Below are positions 62,954-64,000 of a stretch of 64,000 bases of DNA, piece after piece. The position numbers and the translations under genes were made by a program. How positions within the stretch are numbered: the stretch's first letter is position 1; every line of letters begins with the position of its first letter. A model generated the notes under the pieces. That model was not told the origin of the DNA, did no database searches, and saw nothing but the letters and a program-made list of their open reading frames with translations. This DNA is from Candidatus Micrarchaeota archaeon (GTDB lineage: Archaea; Micrarchaeota; Micrarchaeia; Micrarchaeales; CABMGC01): the NCBI GenBank assembly GCA_021848065.1, contig JAJZNA010000010.1, positions 34,586 to 98,585 on the forward strand, given 5' to 3'.

Positions 62954-63568
62954 TTGCCTAACGATATACTATCCTCAGCTTTAGGTGATTCCATAACAAA
63001 ACTAGTACTGGTTACAGGCACTGCCGGAGCAGGAAAGAGCACAATACTCGGTCGCGTATCTCAGGAGCAGAAGGATCTAAGGATAATCAATCTTGGTACT
63101 GAGATGCTGGACATACTCAAGGAGAAGTTCAACATAACCGACAGGGACAAGATAAGGACGCTTGATGACAAGAACACGATACTTGTCAGAAACGAGATCA
63201 TGAATAGGATAATTGCATCGAAGGAGGACGCCATTATAGACACACATGCATCCGTCAAGCAGGGCAGGAGATACAGGCCTGGCTTTTCCATAGACGAGCT
63301 TGAGAAGATCCGCATAGGCGCCATAATCTATGTTGACGCCACCTCAGAGGAGATCCTGGAGAGGAGCCTTAGCGATACGGGAAGGCAGCGTGCCTACAGC
63401 ACTCTTGCGGAGATTGACGAATGGAGGAGCGTCAATATATCGATTATATCGACGTTTGCGGTATATTTAAATATACCAATATACATAATATATAACCAAC
63501 ACGGAAAGCAAGACGAAGCCACCGCGGAAGTCCTAAGGATCATCCGTGAAATAATGGTGCCCAAATGA
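62954..63568 (+). CDS. adkA: archaeal-type adenylate kinase
   Basis: 204 aa with a TTG start. P-loop is VTGTAGAGKST. Also IIDTHASVK and the overall AdkA pattern. Followed by the DUF106 gene, as in the conserved secY-adk-DUF106 arrangement. Confidence 0.8.
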   Translation: MPNDILSSALGDSITKLVLVTGTAGAGKSTILGRVSQEQKDLRIINLGTEMLDILKEKFNITDRDKIRTLDDKNTILVRNEIMNRIIASKEDAIIDTHASVKQGRRYRPGFSIDELEKIRIGAIIYVDATSEEILERSLSDTGRQRAYSTLAEIDEWRSVNISIISTFAVYLNIPIYIIYNQHGKQDEATAEVLRIIREIMVPK

Positions 63569-64000
63569 ATTTCATAGCTTTAGAGTTAGCGCTAATCGCA
63601 GCAGGATACGTTGCAGTCTCAGTCATAGCCCAGAGAAAGATATCCAATGTAAAGCGGATAAGGGAGATAAGGACACAGCTCAACGCCAAGATGGCCAACA
63701 TGCGTAAGCTTGACCGTAATACAAGCCGTGAGATTATGGACGCAGAGCAGAAGGAGATGGCAGCGTTGACATCAGAGATGATGAAGCATCAGCTCAAGGC
63801 CAGCATGATAGTGCTTCCAGTATTCGTAATACTTGTGTACTTCGCGTTGCCTTACATATTCGGCAATCAGAACTTCAGCATAACCCTACTCTCGTTCAAA
63901 CTGACTTACTCAAGCTTCTTCGTAGCCGTCGCATTTGTGCTCGGCATGCTCTCACAGGCCGTGATAGCCGTGTACGACAAGATGGCCGCAAAGAAGGCAG
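63565..64000 (+). CDS. DUF106 / EMC3-Oxa1-like membrane insertase homologue, 5' partial (runs off the window)
   Basis: ATG 63565 overlaps the adkA stop (ATGA). Has a TM helix, then a coiled basic region (KRIREIRTQLNAKMANMRKL...QKEMAALTSEMMKHQLK), then another TM helix. No stop before 64000. Confidence 0.6.
   Translation, partial: MNFIALELALIAAGYVAVSVIAQRKISNVKRIREIRTQLNAKMANMRKLDRNTSREIMDAEQKEMAALTSEMMKHQLKASMIVLPVFVILVYFALPYIFGNQNFSITLLSFKLTYSSFFVAVAFVLGMLSQAVIAVYDKMAAKKA

Noticed and set aside
1-64000. CRISPR arrays, rRNA genes, transposases, integrases and toxin-antitoxin pairs
   Set aside because: I scanned the spacers and the ORF products. I found no regularly spaced direct repeats, no rRNA-like conserved blocks, and no DDE, tyrosine or serine recombinase motifs.

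Overview
This window is a 64-kb archaeal chromosomal segment, densely coding on both strands and dominated by housekeeping genes. These include thermosome, RadA, MCM, Gins51-like, TFE, RNAP subunits D and N, aIF2-alpha, ribosomal proteins L44e/L18e/L13/S9/S2, RNase P proteins Pop5/Rpp30, prefoldin beta, DNA gyrase A/B, MetRS, HisS, Taw1, diphthine synthase, AglB plus a GT4 glycosyltransferase, and six tRNA genes. I saw no rRNA, CRISPR array, transposase or integrase. A thermopsin-like protease, sequon-rich surface proteins and a 385-aa three-unit tRNA-splicing endonuclease suggest an acidophilic, small-genome archaeon of the ARMAN/Micrarchaeota type. That lineage call is inference from gene content only.

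The most interesting signal is RNA-level. (1) tRNA-Pro at 44672-44766 carries a 21-nt intron in the T-loop (position 59/60) that folds into a strict helix-bulge-helix-bulge-helix (BHB) motif. (2) A second strict BHB motif lies inside a protein-coding gene at 16649-16684. Its predicted cleavage sites excise exactly 21 nt (16659-16679), remove an in-frame TAG, and rejoin a conserved N-terminus (GAAGRD|FHNFN) of a COG2403-type P-loop protein. (3) The broad-specificity-type endonuclease gene is in the same window. Together these suggest endonuclease-dependent mRNA splicing of a gene not known to be split.

Secondary oddities:
- An ankyrin-repeat gene is inserted between rpl13 and rps9.
- tRNA-Pro has A at position 34.
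- An ATP-grasp-like ligase sits next to a class-II amidotransferase.
- An AT-rich islet carries a lone AAA+/wHTH ATPase.
- A presenilin-like protease has its first TM helix encoded upstream of any canonical start codon.
- AglB has an extra N-terminal 3-TM plus coiled-coil module.
- TFE and S9 carry basic K/A-rich tails.
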